In this document: in pieces, positions 30,388 through 40,701 of the stretch
Position numbering within the stretch: position 1 is the first letter of the stretch
Layout: every line of letters starts with the position of its first letter
NCBI GenBank assembly: GCA_047602425.1
Contig: JASGHG010000001.1
Span: forward strand, 800,001 to 864,000
Reading direction: 5' to 3'
Source of the DNA: Nibricoccus sp.
GTDB lineage: Bacteria > Verrucomicrobiota > Verrucomicrobiia > Opitutales > Opitutaceae
DNA: 64,000 bases
Notes under the pieces: model-generated
Databases searched by the model: none
What the model was told of the DNA's origin: nothing
The model's input: the letters and a program-made list of their open reading frames with translations, nothing else
Translations under genes and position numbers: made by a program

Positions 30388-30723
30388 ATGAAAAAAACTC
30401 CGACCAGAGACGCCGCATCGACCGCCCCAACTCCGGAATCCTACGCCGCTCCTTCGCAAGAGGAGATCGCTCGGCGCGCTTACGATCTGTGGCTTCAAGA
30501 CGGCTGTCCGATGGGACGCTCCGTTTACCACTGGCATGAGGCGGAGCGCCAGCTTCGGCAGTCGGAACAAAATCCCAACCTAAACAAAGGTCAGCCTTCG
30601 TCCGCCTCGACAGATGAACGTTCGATCGCCGCGCTGACCGACGATTCCTCCCCTTACAACGGGCTGGAAAAGGAAACTCCGCGGAGTGCCAAAGCGCCCC
30701 GCGATCTCGCGAAGCGAACTTGA
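30388..30723 (+). CDS. DUF2934 domain protein
   Basis: EEIARRAYDLWLQDGCPMGRSVYHWHEAERQL. Confidence 0.88.
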   Translation: MKKTPTRDAASTAPTPESYAAPSQEEIARRAYDLWLQDGCPMGRSVYHWHEAERQLRQSEQNPNLNKGQPSSASTDERSIAALTDDSSPYNGLEKETPRSAKAPRDLAKRT

Positions 30724-30759
30724 GTCGCCAAATTTATTTAACCTTCAACAACCTCCAAT

Positions 30760-31026
30760 ATGGCCGACCGCAAGCTTCCCATTCTTTATATCAAACCGGG
30801 ATGCCCTTGGTGCCGGGAAGTGGTGGAATTTCTCATGGCGCAGGGAATAGCGTACGAGGAAAAAGACGTGATCGCCGATGCTCAAGCGCGGACCGAAATG
30901 GAGCGAATTTCGAAACAAACCAAAGCCCCCACCCTGGACTGGCACGGCAAAATCCTCGCCGATTTTGGAGTCGAGGAATTGAAGGCGTTTCTTGTACAAC
31001 AAAACGTCGAGTTGGAAGACAGCTGA
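30760..31026 (+). CDS. Glutaredoxin-like protein
   Basis: LYIKPGCPWC, QTKAPTL. Confidence 0.9.
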   Translation: MADRKLPILYIKPGCPWCREVVEFLMAQGIAYEEKDVIADAQARTEMERISKQTKAPTLDWHGKILADFGVEELKAFLVQQNVELEDS

Positions 31027-31065
31027 AGCGGGAGCGGTCGGGTCACCTCCACTCGCCGCCTGCGT

Positions 31066-31416
31066 TTATCTCTGCGCGCTCCGATGGCTCTTGGTTCTCG
31101 CGCCCTGACGGCCGGTTTGGAAACGTCGCGCTTTGCCCAGCTCCAGCAGCAGCACTTCCTTTTGGCCAAAAACTTTTCCCACTTCGACACTCCAGGGTTT
31201 TAGTTTCTTGGGCTGGTTCGTACAAACCAGCAGCTGGCGCGCTTGCTCACGCCGCAGGGACGCGTTTCCGCCATCGAACCAGACGCCGCTTGCATCCAAA
31301 ATAGTGAAGCCCGACGGAAAATATTTCGCGGTGACCTTCTTTAAGAGCTTCTCGTCTTCCAGGGTGAACTTTCGCCGTTTGTTGCGCGCTCCGACGAGCA
31401 GGGAAAACGCTTTCAT
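31066..31416 (-). CDS. Hypothetical protein (possibly DUF3574-like)
   Basis: FPSGFTILDASGVW...FGQKEVL pattern. Confidence 0.55.
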   Translation of the reverse strand: MKAFSLLVGARNKRRKFTLEDEKLLKKVTAKYFPSGFTILDASGVWFDGGNASLRREQARQLLVCTNQPKKLKPWSVEVGKVFGQKEVLLLELGKARRFQTGRQGARTKSHRSAQR

Positions 31417-31481
31417 TTCTTCGACGACAACTGGCACCCGACCGTCAGCTTTATGTTGATACAAATTTCTTCGGCAGGATC

Positions 31482-32642
31482 TTAGGCTGCCGGGTCCAAC
31501 ACTACTTTTATGCAGTTATCCCGCTTTTCGACGAACATGGGATAAGCCTCGCCTGCCTGGCTGAGCGGGACGCGGTGCGTCACAACGAAGGAGGGATCGA
31601 TTTTCTTCTCTTCGATCAAGCGTAGCAAGGGCGCCATGTATTTCTGCATGTGCGTTTGTCCCATTTTAAAGGTAAGGCCTTTGTTCATCGCCGCACCGAA
31701 AGGCACTTTGTCCAAAAGCCCGCCATAGACCCCGGGGACGGAAACATTGCCTGCTTTGCGCGTGCACCGAATGGCCTGGCGGAGCGCGTACGGGCGATCC
31801 GTTTCGAGTTTCAACGTCTGTTTAATGTCGTCGTAAGCCGATCCGTGCGCCTCCAGCCCGACAGCGTCGATGGACGCATCCGGCCCCCGGCCGCCCGTGA
31901 GCGCTTTGAGCTCCTCCATCACGTCTCCGCCGGAATCCAGCGTGTAAGCGCCGGAGGCCTCCGCCATCGCGCGGCGTTCGGGCACCGAATCAATCGCTAT
32001 CACCTTTGCCGCTCCGAAGAGAAAAGCGCTCCGAATCGCGAACTGGCCGACAGGACCACAACCCCAGACCGCCACCACCGAATGGCCGCGCACGATGTCG
32101 CAGTTTTCCGCAGCCATGTAACCGGTCGGGAAAATATCCGAGAGGAACAACAGTTTATCGTCCGGCAGGTTGTTCTCGATCTTCAACAAGCCGACGTCCG
32201 CGTGCGGCACGCGCGCGTATTGAGCCTGTCCGCCGGCGTACCCGCCCGTGAGGTGTGCGTATCCAAACATCCCCGCGGGCGAGTAACCCATCATCGTTTC
32301 TGCAATGTGCCAGTTCGGGTTGGTGTTGTCACAGGCGGAAAATTGTCGGCGTGCGCAATGAATACAATGCCCGCAGGAGATGGTGAACGGCACCACCACC
32401 CTGTCGCCGACACGGATCTTTTGCACCTTCGGCCCGACTTCGACCACTTCGCCCATAAATTCGTGGCCCAGGATGTCGCCTTTTTCCAGTGTCGGTATAT
32501 AACCATTAAAAAGATGGATATCGGATCCGCAAATCGCGGTCGACGTGATCTTCACGATGCAGTCGCGCGGGTTGAGGATCTTCGGATCGTCAACGGTCTG
32601 CACTTCGACTCTCTTCTTTCCCATCCAAACGAGAGCTTTCAT
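31482..32642 (-). CDS. Zinc-dependent alcohol/formaldehyde dehydrogenase family
   Basis: AICGSD.H, GHEFMG, CGHCIHC...[15 protein letters not shown]. Confidence 0.93.
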   Translation of the reverse strand: MKALVWMGKKRVEVQTVDDPKILNPRDCIVKITSTAICGSDIHLFNGYIPTLEKGDILGHEFMGEVVEVGPKVQKIRVGDRVVVPFTISCGHCIHCARRQFSACDNTNPNWHIAETMMGYSPAGMFGYAHLTGGYAGGQAQYARVPHADVGLLKIENNLPDDKLLFLSDIFPTGYMAAENCDIVRGHSVVAVWGCGPVGQFAIRSAFLFGAAKVIAIDSVPERRAMAEASGAYTLDSGGDVMEELKALTGGRGPDASIDAVGLEAHGSAYDDIKQTLKLETDRPYALRQAIRCTRKAGNVSVPGVYGGLLDKVPFGAAMNKGLTFKMGQTHMQKYMAPLLRLIEEKKIDPSFVVTHRVPLSQAGEAYPMFVEKRDNCIKVVLDPAA

Positions 32643-33235
32643 GACTCGTCCTCCTCGTTGCGGCGTGAGCCGCCTGCTGGCTGTCCAGCCGTCGTGGGAA
32701 TTTCGCCCGCCTCCATTAGTGCCTTGAGACGGCGCAGCGCATCGTAGACCTGCGAGCCGGCCGCATCCCGCGAGAGTTTCGCCAAAGCTGCGCCCACTTT
32801 TCCGCCCGGAGGATCGTATTCGAGCGCGACTTTTATCTCCGTGCCTTCGTCACCCGGCGCCGGGTCAAAACGCACCGAGCCTGCATGGTCGACATCTCCG
32901 CCGTCGCGCGAACGCCACGCAATCAGTCGGCCGGGTTCGTCGTTAATGATCACCGCGTCCCATTCCACCCGTCGGCCCAACGGCGCGCTGACCACCCAAT
33001 GAGACTCGTTTGCGGACGTCTGCGTGATCGTCACCGGATGTTTGACCACCTGCGCCAAGTTGCGCACATCGCGCCAGAAGTTATAAAGTTCTTCGGGAGA
33101 TTTCAAAATCGTGACCGCTTGGACCACCTTCGTGCCCCGATTGCCGGGCACTGCGATTTTGGAGTTATTTTCTTTTGCCTCTTCGCGGGCCTTGGAGCCT
33201 CGGGAGGTCGAAACGGTTTTTCCTAGAGTAGGCAT
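32639..33235 (-). CDS. SRPBCC/cyclase family protein
   Basis: [46 protein letters not shown]; overlaps ADH start. Confidence 0.9.
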   Translation of the reverse strand: MPTLGKTVSTSRGSKAREEAKENNSKIAVPGNRGTKVVQAVTILKSPEELYNFWRDVRNLAQVVKHPVTITQTSANESHWVVSAPLGRRVEWDAVIINDEPGRLIAWRSRDGGDVDHAGSVRFDPAPGDEGTEIKVALEYDPPGGKVGAALAKLSRDAAGSQVYDALRRLKALMEAGEIPTTAGQPAGGSRRNEEDES

Positions 33236-33441
33236 ATAATATTCGGGCTGAGGGTTGGGCGGCGCTGTGCCGAAATGGGGCAAAACCCGCCGATCTTTTT
33301 CGCAAGAAAACTGACCGCACATTAGCTTACAGGTAATTGCCTGTCGCGCGGAGCCTCTCCGCGATGCCGCATCGGGCTGCGGTACTAATACTATTCCCGT
33401 TCCGCGGCAGCTGGATCATCTCCTCCCGGCGCGTTTCCGAT

Positions 33442-33579
33442 TCACGGAAAGTCTCTTTCTATTGTTTCGTTATCGCTCTCTTTTGAACTGAACCGATTCC
33501 TCAAGGCCGCGGTTTTTTCGTAAAACCAAACCCAAGCAAACACTGTCAAAAACCCCAAGGCACAAAGACGAATCAGCAT
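33442..33579 (-). CDS. Possible 45-aa membrane peptide
   Basis: MLIRLCALGFLTVFAWVWFYEK...; hydrophobicity only. Confidence 0.35.
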   Translation of the reverse strand: MLIRLCALGFLTVFAWVWFYEKTAALRNRFSSKESDNETIERDFP

Positions 33580-33911
33580 CCAGATACAGCGATTCCTTGG
33601 GCGGCGTATGCCTCCGGAGATCCGATCTAACGAGGACCACGCCCAAGAACGCGGGAATGGGCAAACCACTTGCGCGAGCCAAAAATCAACTGTGAAGCCC
33701 GTGATACACTGAAGGCTCATGCCCGCCTCCAATACCCATCGCCCGTCAGCAAAGAAAATCATCCCTGAATTTGAGAGGAATGGCGGCCAACACGTGAGTG
33801 CAATCAGCTGACTTCCTTCCTGCGGCATCCAACCAATGCAGTGATTCCCCCCACTCGGCCACTGGGGAATCAGCCGCTACAGGGCGGGTGGCGAAACGCT
33901 ACAATAAAGAC

Positions 33912-34559
33912 GTGCAGAAGTTACTTCGGCGAAACGGGCTCTCGATTGCCGTGATGGGGCTGTTCCTCGTCACTTTTTTGGGTGGTCAGCTCTTGACCGG
34001 GTTGGCCGCTTACAATGACGACCGTTCCGAGCACGGCGAAACGAAGATCGGCCTGCTGGAATATTTAGCCAGTGCCCACTTTTTGGAAGCGACGGCGGAA
34101 AATTGGGAAAGCGAGTTTCTGCAAATCTTCGTGTACGTTTACATCACCGCCTTCCTTTTTCAGAAGGGTTCCGCTGAATCCAACGATCCAGACAAGCCGC
34201 GAGAGCAACACCGCATAACGCCGGATTCTCCGTGGCCGGCGCGAAAGGGCGGCCTCTGGCTAAAGCTTTATTCGCATTCGCTTTCGCTGGCGTTCGCCTT
34301 GCTATTTTTTGGCAGCTTTTGGCTGCATCTTTGCGGCAGCGTACGCTTGGAAAACGAAGAGCGGGCCAGACTCGGTTTGGCCGCAATCTCGCTCAAAGAG
34401 CACTTGGGCGGTGCAAAGTTCTGGTTTGAATCGTTTCAGAACTGGCAAAGCGAATTCCTCGCGATTGGAAGCATGGTCATCCTCAGCATCTTCCTGCGGG
34501 AAAAAGATTCCCCGGAATCGAAACCCGTGGAGGCGCCTCATAGTGAAACCGGTGGGTAA
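33912..34559 (+). CDS. DUF6766-like membrane protein
   Basis: NGLSI, duplicated ENWESEFLQ / QNWQSEFL, SPESKPV; GTG start inferred. Confidence 0.8.
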   Translation: MQKLLRRNGLSIAVMGLFLVTFLGGQLLTGLAAYNDDRSEHGETKIGLLEYLASAHFLEATAENWESEFLQIFVYVYITAFLFQKGSAESNDPDKPREQHRITPDSPWPARKGGLWLKLYSHSLSLAFALLFFGSFWLHLCGSVRLENEERARLGLAAISLKEHLGGAKFWFESFQNWQSEFLAIGSMVILSIFLREKDSPESKPVEAPHSETGG

Positions 34560-34569
34560 TCCCCCGGGG

Positions 34570-34605
34570 AAAAAGAAAGGCCCGTTTCCGAAGAAAACGG
34601 GCCTT
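34570..34605 (-). terminator. tRNA-Asp terminator
   Basis: AAGGCCCGTTT/AAACGGGCCTT stem followed by U-run on minus strand. Confidence 0.8.
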
Positions 34606-34612
34606 ATCAAAA

Positions 34613-34689
34613 TGGCGGGATGGACGGGACTCGAACCCGCGACCTTCTGCGTGACAGGCAGACGCTCTAACCAGCTGAGCTACCACCCC
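34613..34689 (-). tRNA. tRNA-Asp (GTC)
   Basis: GGGGTGGTAGCTCAGCTGGTTAGAGCGTCTGCCTGTCACGCAGAAGGTCGCGGGTTCGAGTCCCGTCCATCCCGCCA; 77 nt, encoded CCA. Confidence 0.97.
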
Positions 34690-34946
34690 GTGAAACGGGA
34701 AAGGAGGCGGACGTTAGGTCCGAGAAAAGGCAAGTCAAGCGTCTGTTTTCACAAATTGCATTTCCCTAAAACCTCGCTCCTTTTCTCCTTCGAAATCCCC
34801 TCCCAAAATCCACCTTTCCTCGCCTGTTTTCCTCCCCGAAATCGAGAAAGGTCCGCACTTTTAAGGTCGCTCTCCCCCGTCCTCTCTGCGAACTACCTTC
34901 CCTGCCAAGAGTTAAGTCCCAGCCAGTTTGGCCGATAACAAACGGA

Positions 34947-35798
34947 ATGACGGTCGCCAGTCCTACCTCCAAAGAGCTTTTGCTGCTCGCCCAGCAGCTG
35001 CCGGCATCGCCACAGATTCTGCTCAAGCTCGACGCGTTGATTAACAACCTCAATTGCACGCTTGAGGAAATCGCCGTCCTGCTCCGCCGCGACGCCACCC
35101 TCGCCGCCCGCATTATCCGCATCAGCAACAGCACCGTCTACGGCGGCGAAAGCCCGGTGACCTCCGTTGAAGAGGCCGTCGGCCGGGTCGGCTTTTCTGA
35201 AGTCTATCGACTCACCGGTCTCGCCGTCGCGGCCCAGCTTGCCAGCGAACACCTCCCTTTTTACGGCCACAATGGACAACAACTCCGCGACAACACGCTT
35301 ATCACCGCGCTCGTCGTCGAAGTTCTCGCCCGTCAGGCCCGCATGGATTCCCGCGCCGCCTATGCCACCGCGCTTCTGCGCTCCATGGGCAAGCTCGTGC
35401 TCGACCGTTACGTCAAAAAGCACCTCACGCCGATGCAGCATTTCAACCGTTCCGGCGTGCCTACGCTGCTCACGTGGGAGGATAAGATTCTCAGCTGCAA
35501 CAATGCCTCGATTGCCGGCCTCATTCTCGAGACCTGGCATTTCCCTCCTTCGATCACCGAACCAATCCGGCAACACTATCTCGTCGAGCCGCCCACCGGC
35601 GAACACACCCGCACCACTTATTTGCTCAACCTCGCGAGCGGAGTCGCCTGCGATCTCGGTTACGCGCTGCCGGGCGAGGCGAATTATTGGGAATTGACCG
35701 ACGAAAAGATCGAGTCCGCCGGCTTGGACGGTGTCGACCTCAACGAGGTTGGCGAGGAGGCCCAAGCTTCCTTCGAAGCGATGCGCGATTCGCTCTAA
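34947..35798 (+). CDS. HDOD domain protein
   Basis: LPASPQIL, DATLAARIIRISNS, SVEEAV.RVG, LLRSMGKL, W.FP..I.EPIR.H. Confidence 0.9.
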   Translation: MTVASPTSKELLLLAQQLPASPQILLKLDALINNLNCTLEEIAVLLRRDATLAARIIRISNSTVYGGESPVTSVEEAVGRVGFSEVYRLTGLAVAAQLASEHLPFYGHNGQQLRDNTLITALVVEVLARQARMDSRAAYATALLRSMGKLVLDRYVKKHLTPMQHFNRSGVPTLLTWEDKILSCNNASIAGLILETWHFPPSITEPIRQHYLVEPPTGEHTRTTYLLNLASGVACDLGYALPGEANYWELTDEKIESAGLDGVDLNEVGEEAQASFEAMRDSL

Positions 35799-35927
35799 CC
35801 CGCCGCCTCATGATTCGTTGCGCGCGGCTCTTCGTCCTGCATGATGGCGAGGCGCCGAAGCCAGCAAATTCATTGAACGCAACGTGTAGTTGAAAAAGCA
35901 CGACGATCTCCCCACCCTTTAAACGCC

Positions 35928-37124
35928 ATGAAACTGCTGCGCGTCATCGCCTCGGTCGACCCCGCCACCGGCGGCCCCGTGGCCGGTCTGCGCGCCGTCA
36001 CTCCCGAGCTCGATGTGCTCGGCCATGAAACCGAGTTTTTGACCGTCGACGATCCCACCGACGGTTTTCTCCAAAGCTGGGTGGGCCGGGTTCACGCTCT
36101 CGGACCGGTGAAAAATCGTTACGCGCGTTCTGGCCGCCTCAAGCCCTGGCTGGAGAAAAACATCAAGCGTTACGATGCGGTGGTGGTTCACGGTCTTTGG
36201 CAGGATCTTGGCCGCACTGTCAGCGAAATCTGCCGCCAGCCCGGGACTCCACCCTACTTTGTCATCCCGCACGGCATGCTCGATCCCGGGCTGAAAAAAA
36301 CGTATCCGTTCCGTCATTTCAAAAAATGGATTTACTGGCAGCTCGTCGAACGCCACGTGCTGCGCGAGGCCCGCGCCGTGCTTTTCACCTGCGAGGAAGA
36401 GCGCCGTCTCGCCAGTCAGACTTTCCCTCGCTACGAGTGCAACGAGGCCGTGATCACCTATGGCGCGACTGCTCCCGACCGCAACGACCCGACGTTCGCC
36501 GCTGCCTGGCAGGCGCGCTGCCCCGCCGTCACGCAACGTCCGTTCTGGCTCTACTTGGGCCGGGTGCATTCGAAAAAGGGGGTCGATCTCCTCTTGCGCG
36601 CCTACGGACGTGTCCGCCAGCTCAGCGCCGGCCTCGCCCTGCCTAACTTCCCAGATCTCGTGATCGCGGGTCCCTGCCTTGACCAAGGCTACCTGACCGC
36701 GCTCAAACAACTCGCCACCAACAAAGGCATCGCTCCGTACGTGCACTGGACCGGCATGCTGACAGGCGCGGCCAAATGGGGCGCCCTGCAAGCCGCTGAA
36801 ATGTTCGTCCTCCCTTCGCATCAGGAAAATTTTGGCATCGCCGTCGTCGAAGCGCTCGCCTGCGGTCGCCCCGTGCTCATCACGGATCGGGTTAACATCT
36901 GGCGTGAACTCGCAAAAGACGGCGCCGCCCTCGTGGAAACCGACGACGAAAGCGGCGTCGAGCGTCTGCTTCAACGCTGGCTGGCGCTGACCGACGACCG
37001 CCGCCGCCACATGTCCGAAGCCGCCGCAAAATCCTTTGCCGACCGTTTCGAAATCACCCACGCCGCCCAATCCTTCTCGGATCAACTCGCGGAGCTGCTG
37101 AAGCCCGAAACGGAAAATCCCTAA
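35928..37124 (+). CDS. Glycosyltransferase family 4
   Basis: LGRVHSKKG, FVLPSHQENFGIAVVEALACG. Confidence 0.92.
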   Translation: MKLLRVIASVDPATGGPVAGLRAVTPELDVLGHETEFLTVDDPTDGFLQSWVGRVHALGPVKNRYARSGRLKPWLEKNIKRYDAVVVHGLWQDLGRTVSEICRQPGTPPYFVIPHGMLDPGLKKTYPFRHFKKWIYWQLVERHVLREARAVLFTCEEERRLASQTFPRYECNEAVITYGATAPDRNDPTFAAAWQARCPAVTQRPFWLYLGRVHSKKGVDLLLRAYGRVRQLSAGLALPNFPDLVIAGPCLDQGYLTALKQLATNKGIAPYVHWTGMLTGAAKWGALQAAEMFVLPSHQENFGIAVVEALACGRPVLITDRVNIWRELAKDGAALVETDDESGVERLLQRWLALTDDRRRHMSEAAAKSFADRFEITHAAQSFSDQLAELLKPETENP

Positions 37125-37133
37125 CCACTCGCC

Positions 37134-38285
37134 ATGCGCATCACCATTGCCCAGGGCGCCTTCCTTCCCGTGCCGCCGCTTCTGGGTGGCGCGGTGGAAA
37201 AAGTATGGTTTAACCTCGGTCGTGAGTTCGCCCGCCGCGGCCACGAGGTCACACATCTTTCGCGCCGGCATCCCGATTTGCCCACTCGCGAGACCATCGA
37301 GGGCGTGCGCCATGTGCGCGTCTCCGGGTTTTCGTCGCCAGCCAGGATTTCACAACGACTCCTCCTCGATTTTTGGTACGCCCTGCGCCTCTCTGCCAAA
37401 CTGCCGCCTGCCGACCTTCTGGTGACAAACACCTTCTGGCTGCCCGCGCTGCCTCACCGTCGCTCGCGCGGGTTGCCGTATGTACATGTCGCCCGTTTTC
37501 CCAAGGGCCAGCTCAAGCTTTACCGCAACGCCGTTCTCCAAACGGTCTCGGAGGCCATTCGCCAGGCGATCCTGGCCGAACTGCCAAACGCCGCCAAACG
37601 TCTCCGCGTCATCCCGTATCCACTTTCTGAACACCACTTGCGCCCGGCGGTCGCGCCCGCCTCGCAAACGATCCTCTACGCTGGCCGCGTACATCCCGAA
37701 AAAGGCATTCACTTGCTGATCCAAGCTTTCGCCCAGCTTCCATCTGCCGATCGCATGGGATGGAAACTCCAGATTGTGGGTCCGTGGGACATCGCCTTGG
37801 GCGGTGGCGGCGATACCTACCTCGCCGAGCTTCACGCCTCCGCCGCGCCCGCGGCCGGCGACATCGAGTTCGTCGGCCCGGTTTTCGACGAAAAACGACT
37901 CGTCGCCTACTACGAAAACGCCCGCCTGTTCGTTTATCCTTCGCTGGCGGAACAGGGCGAAACCTTCGGCCTCGCCGTCCTCGAAGCCATGGCCGCGGGC
38001 TGCGTCCCCCTCGTGTCAGACCTGGCGTGTTTTCGCGATTTTATCCGGGCCGATGTCAACGGCCAGATTTTCGACCATCGCGCGCCCCAGCCGGCCGACC
38101 GCCTCGCCGCCGTGCTCGCCACGCTCATGCGCAGCCCGGCCTCGACCCAACCGCTTCGCGAATCCGCCTGGCTCACCGCCCGCGACTACACGGTGCCGAA
38201 AATCGCCAGCCAGTTCCTCGCCGATTTTTCCCAGTTGACCGGACAGCCTGTCGTGCCGAACCTTGCTCCCGCCCCAAACCGATGA
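37134..38285 (+). CDS. Glycosyltransferase family 4
   Basis: YAGRVHPEKG, ETFGLAVLEAMAAG. Confidence 0.92.
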   Translation: MRITIAQGAFLPVPPLLGGAVEKVWFNLGREFARRGHEVTHLSRRHPDLPTRETIEGVRHVRVSGFSSPARISQRLLLDFWYALRLSAKLPPADLLVTNTFWLPALPHRRSRGLPYVHVARFPKGQLKLYRNAVLQTVSEAIRQAILAELPNAAKRLRVIPYPLSEHHLRPAVAPASQTILYAGRVHPEKGIHLLIQAFAQLPSADRMGWKLQIVGPWDIALGGGGDTYLAELHASAAPAAGDIEFVGPVFDEKRLVAYYENARLFVYPSLAEQGETFGLAVLEAMAAGCVPLVSDLACFRDFIRADVNGQIFDHRAPQPADRLAAVLATLMRSPASTQPLRESAWLTARDYTVPKIASQFLADFSQLTGQPVVPNLAPAPNR

Positions 38286-38857
38286 GCACCCCGCCCCGCG
38301 AAGTCACCACGCATGCCCAGGCCAGCGCCTACGCTTCGCCGTGGAGTCTTCAGGCCCGTCTGGGCCTGTTGCTTTGGTCGGCCGCGTGGACATTTCTCTG
38401 CGCTTGGACGCCCAAGCCGCTCAACCTCTGGCGCCTTTTCGTGTTGCGCTGTTTCGGCGCGAAAATCGAAGGCCTGCCCTTCGTGCACGCCCGCGCCCGC
38501 ATCCACATTCCGTGGAATCTCCGTCTGGCCCACCGCGCCTGCCTCGGCGATCGTGCCAACGCCTATTCGCTCGGAGAAATTGTCCTCGGCGAAGGCTGCA
38601 CTGTCGCGCAAGAGGCCTACCTTTGCACCGGCACGCATGATTTCGCTTCGCCCGCCCTGCCTTTGCAAACCGCGCCGATCGTCGTCGGCAAAGATGCTTT
38701 CATCGGCGTTCGCGCCCTTGTCCTGCCCGGTGTCCAAATCGGCGAGCGCGCCATCGTCGGGGCCGGAGCCGTCGTAACAAAAGACGTCGGCCCCAACTCC
38801 ATCGTCGCCGGCAACCCCGCCAAAGTCATTGGTACCCGGTCGGCCTCTCACGAATAA
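38282..38857 (+). CDS. WcaF-like hexapeptide acetyltransferase
   Basis: WRLFVLRCFGAKI, PWNL, LCTGTHD, hexapeptide repeats, VAGNPA. Confidence 0.9.
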   Translation: MSTPPREVTTHAQASAYASPWSLQARLGLLLWSAAWTFLCAWTPKPLNLWRLFVLRCFGAKIEGLPFVHARARIHIPWNLRLAHRACLGDRANAYSLGEIVLGEGCTVAQEAYLCTGTHDFASPALPLQTAPIVVGKDAFIGVRALVLPGVQIGERAIVGAGAVVTKDVGPNSIVAGNPAKVIGTRSASHE

Positions 38858-38991
38858 AGCCAACCTCGAGAGAGTCGCGTTTGCCTTATGCTCCGCGCTG
38901 CGAGGAATTTCCTCTTCTACTAGCCCGCCCGACGGCCGGAAAAACACTTTGAACAAAATCCCGCTCCGCCTACCGTGCGCTTCACAACATC

Positions 38992-39228
38992 ATGAGTCAG
39001 CCGAACCAAAAACTCGTTTCCCCCGCCAGTCTCGCCGTCGATGCCGTGCTTGTGCTCGGATTTTTCCTGTATCTGTTTTCGATCCTTCGAGCCCACGTGC
39101 AATCGCACGATCTCTTTAACATCGTTGTTTGGGCCGGACTCACGTCCGCTTGCTTAAGTTCGGTGTTTTGGCTCGCGATTCAAATGTTCCGCGTCGTCTA
39201 TCGCGCCCAAAAAGCCCGCGGCAAATAA
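38992..39228 (+). CDS. Small two-TM hypothetical protein
   Basis: Two hydrophobic segments; host-like codons; followed by terminator. Confidence 0.75.
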   Translation: MSQPNQKLVSPASLAVDAVLVLGFFLYLFSILRAHVQSHDLFNIVVWAGLTSACLSSVFWLAIQMFRVVYRAQKARGK

Positions 39229-39278
39229 CTCGGGTCGATTTTGTCCGCCGTCGCAAATCCGACCGCACTTCACTTTTC

Positions 39279-39317
39279 AGGCCGCCCATTCGCACGAATC
39301 GGCGGCCTTTTTATTTT
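39279..39317 (+). terminator. Intrinsic terminator
   Basis: AGGCCGCC/GGCGGCCT stem plus T-run. Confidence 0.65.
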
Positions 39318-39323
39318 GGCGGT

Positions 39324-40121
39324 TTAGCCGTTCTTCAACCGGCGCTTCTCGATGATGACGCCGGCAATGATGGCGATTTCAAAAAGCAGGTAGAGGGGCG
39401 CCGCGAAAAGCGTCATCGTAATGAAATCCGTGGTCGGCGTAATGATGGCAGAAAGGATGAAAATCACGATGATCGCGTGCCGCCGGTACTTTTTCAGAAA
39501 GGCGGTGCTCAAGACCCCGAGATAAACCAGCAGCAAAATCAACAGGGGAAACTCGAAGCCCAAACCAACGCCAAGCACCAACCAGGTCAAAATGCTATAG
39601 TAGCTTCCGGGCGTCCAGTTCGGCACGCCAAAGCCCATCAGTTCGTTGAGATCCAGCGCCGTCTCGATTGTTTTTGGAGTTAAAAAGAAGAACCCAAACG
39701 CCGCGCCTATCAGAAACAGGCACAAGGCCGCAAAACCCGCGGGTATCACCATTCTCAGCTCCTTTTTCGTCAGCGCCGGCGCCACAAATTTCGCCACAAA
39801 ATAGACGATAAACGGTGCCGCCGGCCCGAGCGCCCCCAATAAACAGACCTGAAACGTGATGCCAAAGATCTCCGAAATCCCCACCGGCCTGAGATCCAGC
39901 GCAAAACCCGGCTTGGCCGCCTTGATCTGTTCCAGCGGCCAGAGGAGGAGGTGGTTAAACTCCTTCAAGTAGATGCCGATGAGCACGGCAAAAATGCCGT
40001 AGGCGATCGCGCTCTTCACCAGCGTCCAGCGCAACTCCTCCAAATGCTCAAAGAACCCCATCGGTTTTTCGCCGGGCGGGAGCGGAGCTTCGTCTTCTTC
40101 AGGATATTCTGGATAAGTCAC
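39324..40121 (-). CDS. tatC: Twin-arginine translocase subunit TatC
   Basis: M.FFEHLEELR, F.APAL...E, GLGFEFP, AIITPT.D...LFE; GTG start inferred. Confidence 0.92.
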   Translation of the reverse strand: MTYPEYPEEDEAPLPPGEKPMGFFEHLEELRWTLVKSAIAYGIFAVLIGIYLKEFNHLLLWPLEQIKAAKPGFALDLRPVGISEIFGITFQVCLLGALGPAAPFIVYFVAKFVAPALTKKELRMVIPAGFAALCLFLIGAAFGFFFLTPKTIETALDLNELMGFGVPNWTPGSYYSILTWLVLGVGLGFEFPLLILLLVYLGVLSTAFLKKYRRHAIIVIFILSAIITPTTDFITMTLFAAPLYLLFEIAIIAGVIIEKRRLKNG

Positions 40122-40345
40122 AGGCGGGAAAGCTGGCGATCTTGCGTATTCTCGCAACGAACGGAAGCGAGGAATTTTCCTCACCGGGAATCGGAAGTCG
40201 GAGGTCGGATATCAAAATTCCGAGGGCCGGACAAAGCACGTAGTGGAGAGACGGTGGGGGCCGCCGCGCCGGTCGAGGATCCAACGCCACAGCAAAGCAA
40301 CTTGCAGTCGAGTCTTCCGACTCCCGTCCGGCCTCTGGCATCTGG

Positions 40346-40701
40346 CTCGTTCTCGTCGCGTCCTGAAGGGTATCCGCTCCTCCAACCCTCCGCTATCGCT
40401 CCGGGCGGACCGCTTAACGCAATCCGCGCGGCCCACCATCTCCGCGCTGCCGCGCTCCGTCCGACTCGTTCTCGTCGCGCCCAAAGGGCACCCGCTCCTC
40501 CAACCCTCCGCTATCGCTCCGGGCGGGCCGCTTGACGCAATCCGCGCGGTCCACCATCTCCGCGCTGCCGCGCTCCGTCCGACTTGTTCTCGTCGCGCCC
40601 AAAGGGCACCCGCTCCTCCAACCCTCCGCTATCGCTCCGGGCGGGCCGCTTAACGCAAACCGCGCGGCCCACCATCTCCGCGCTGCCGCGCTCCGTCCGA
40701 C
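40346..40701. repeat. Three tandem ~118-bp repeats
   Basis: Units start at 40346, 40465, 40583 (CTCGTTCTCGTCGCG...CGCTCCGTCCGA), near-identical. Confidence 0.95.

Noticed and set aside
38992..39228. Possible TatA/TatB next to tatC
   Set aside because: Opposite strand, two TMs, no FG hinge or amphipathic helix
40346..40701. Possible CRISPR array
   Set aside because: Contiguous 118-bp units with no unique spacers; no cas genes
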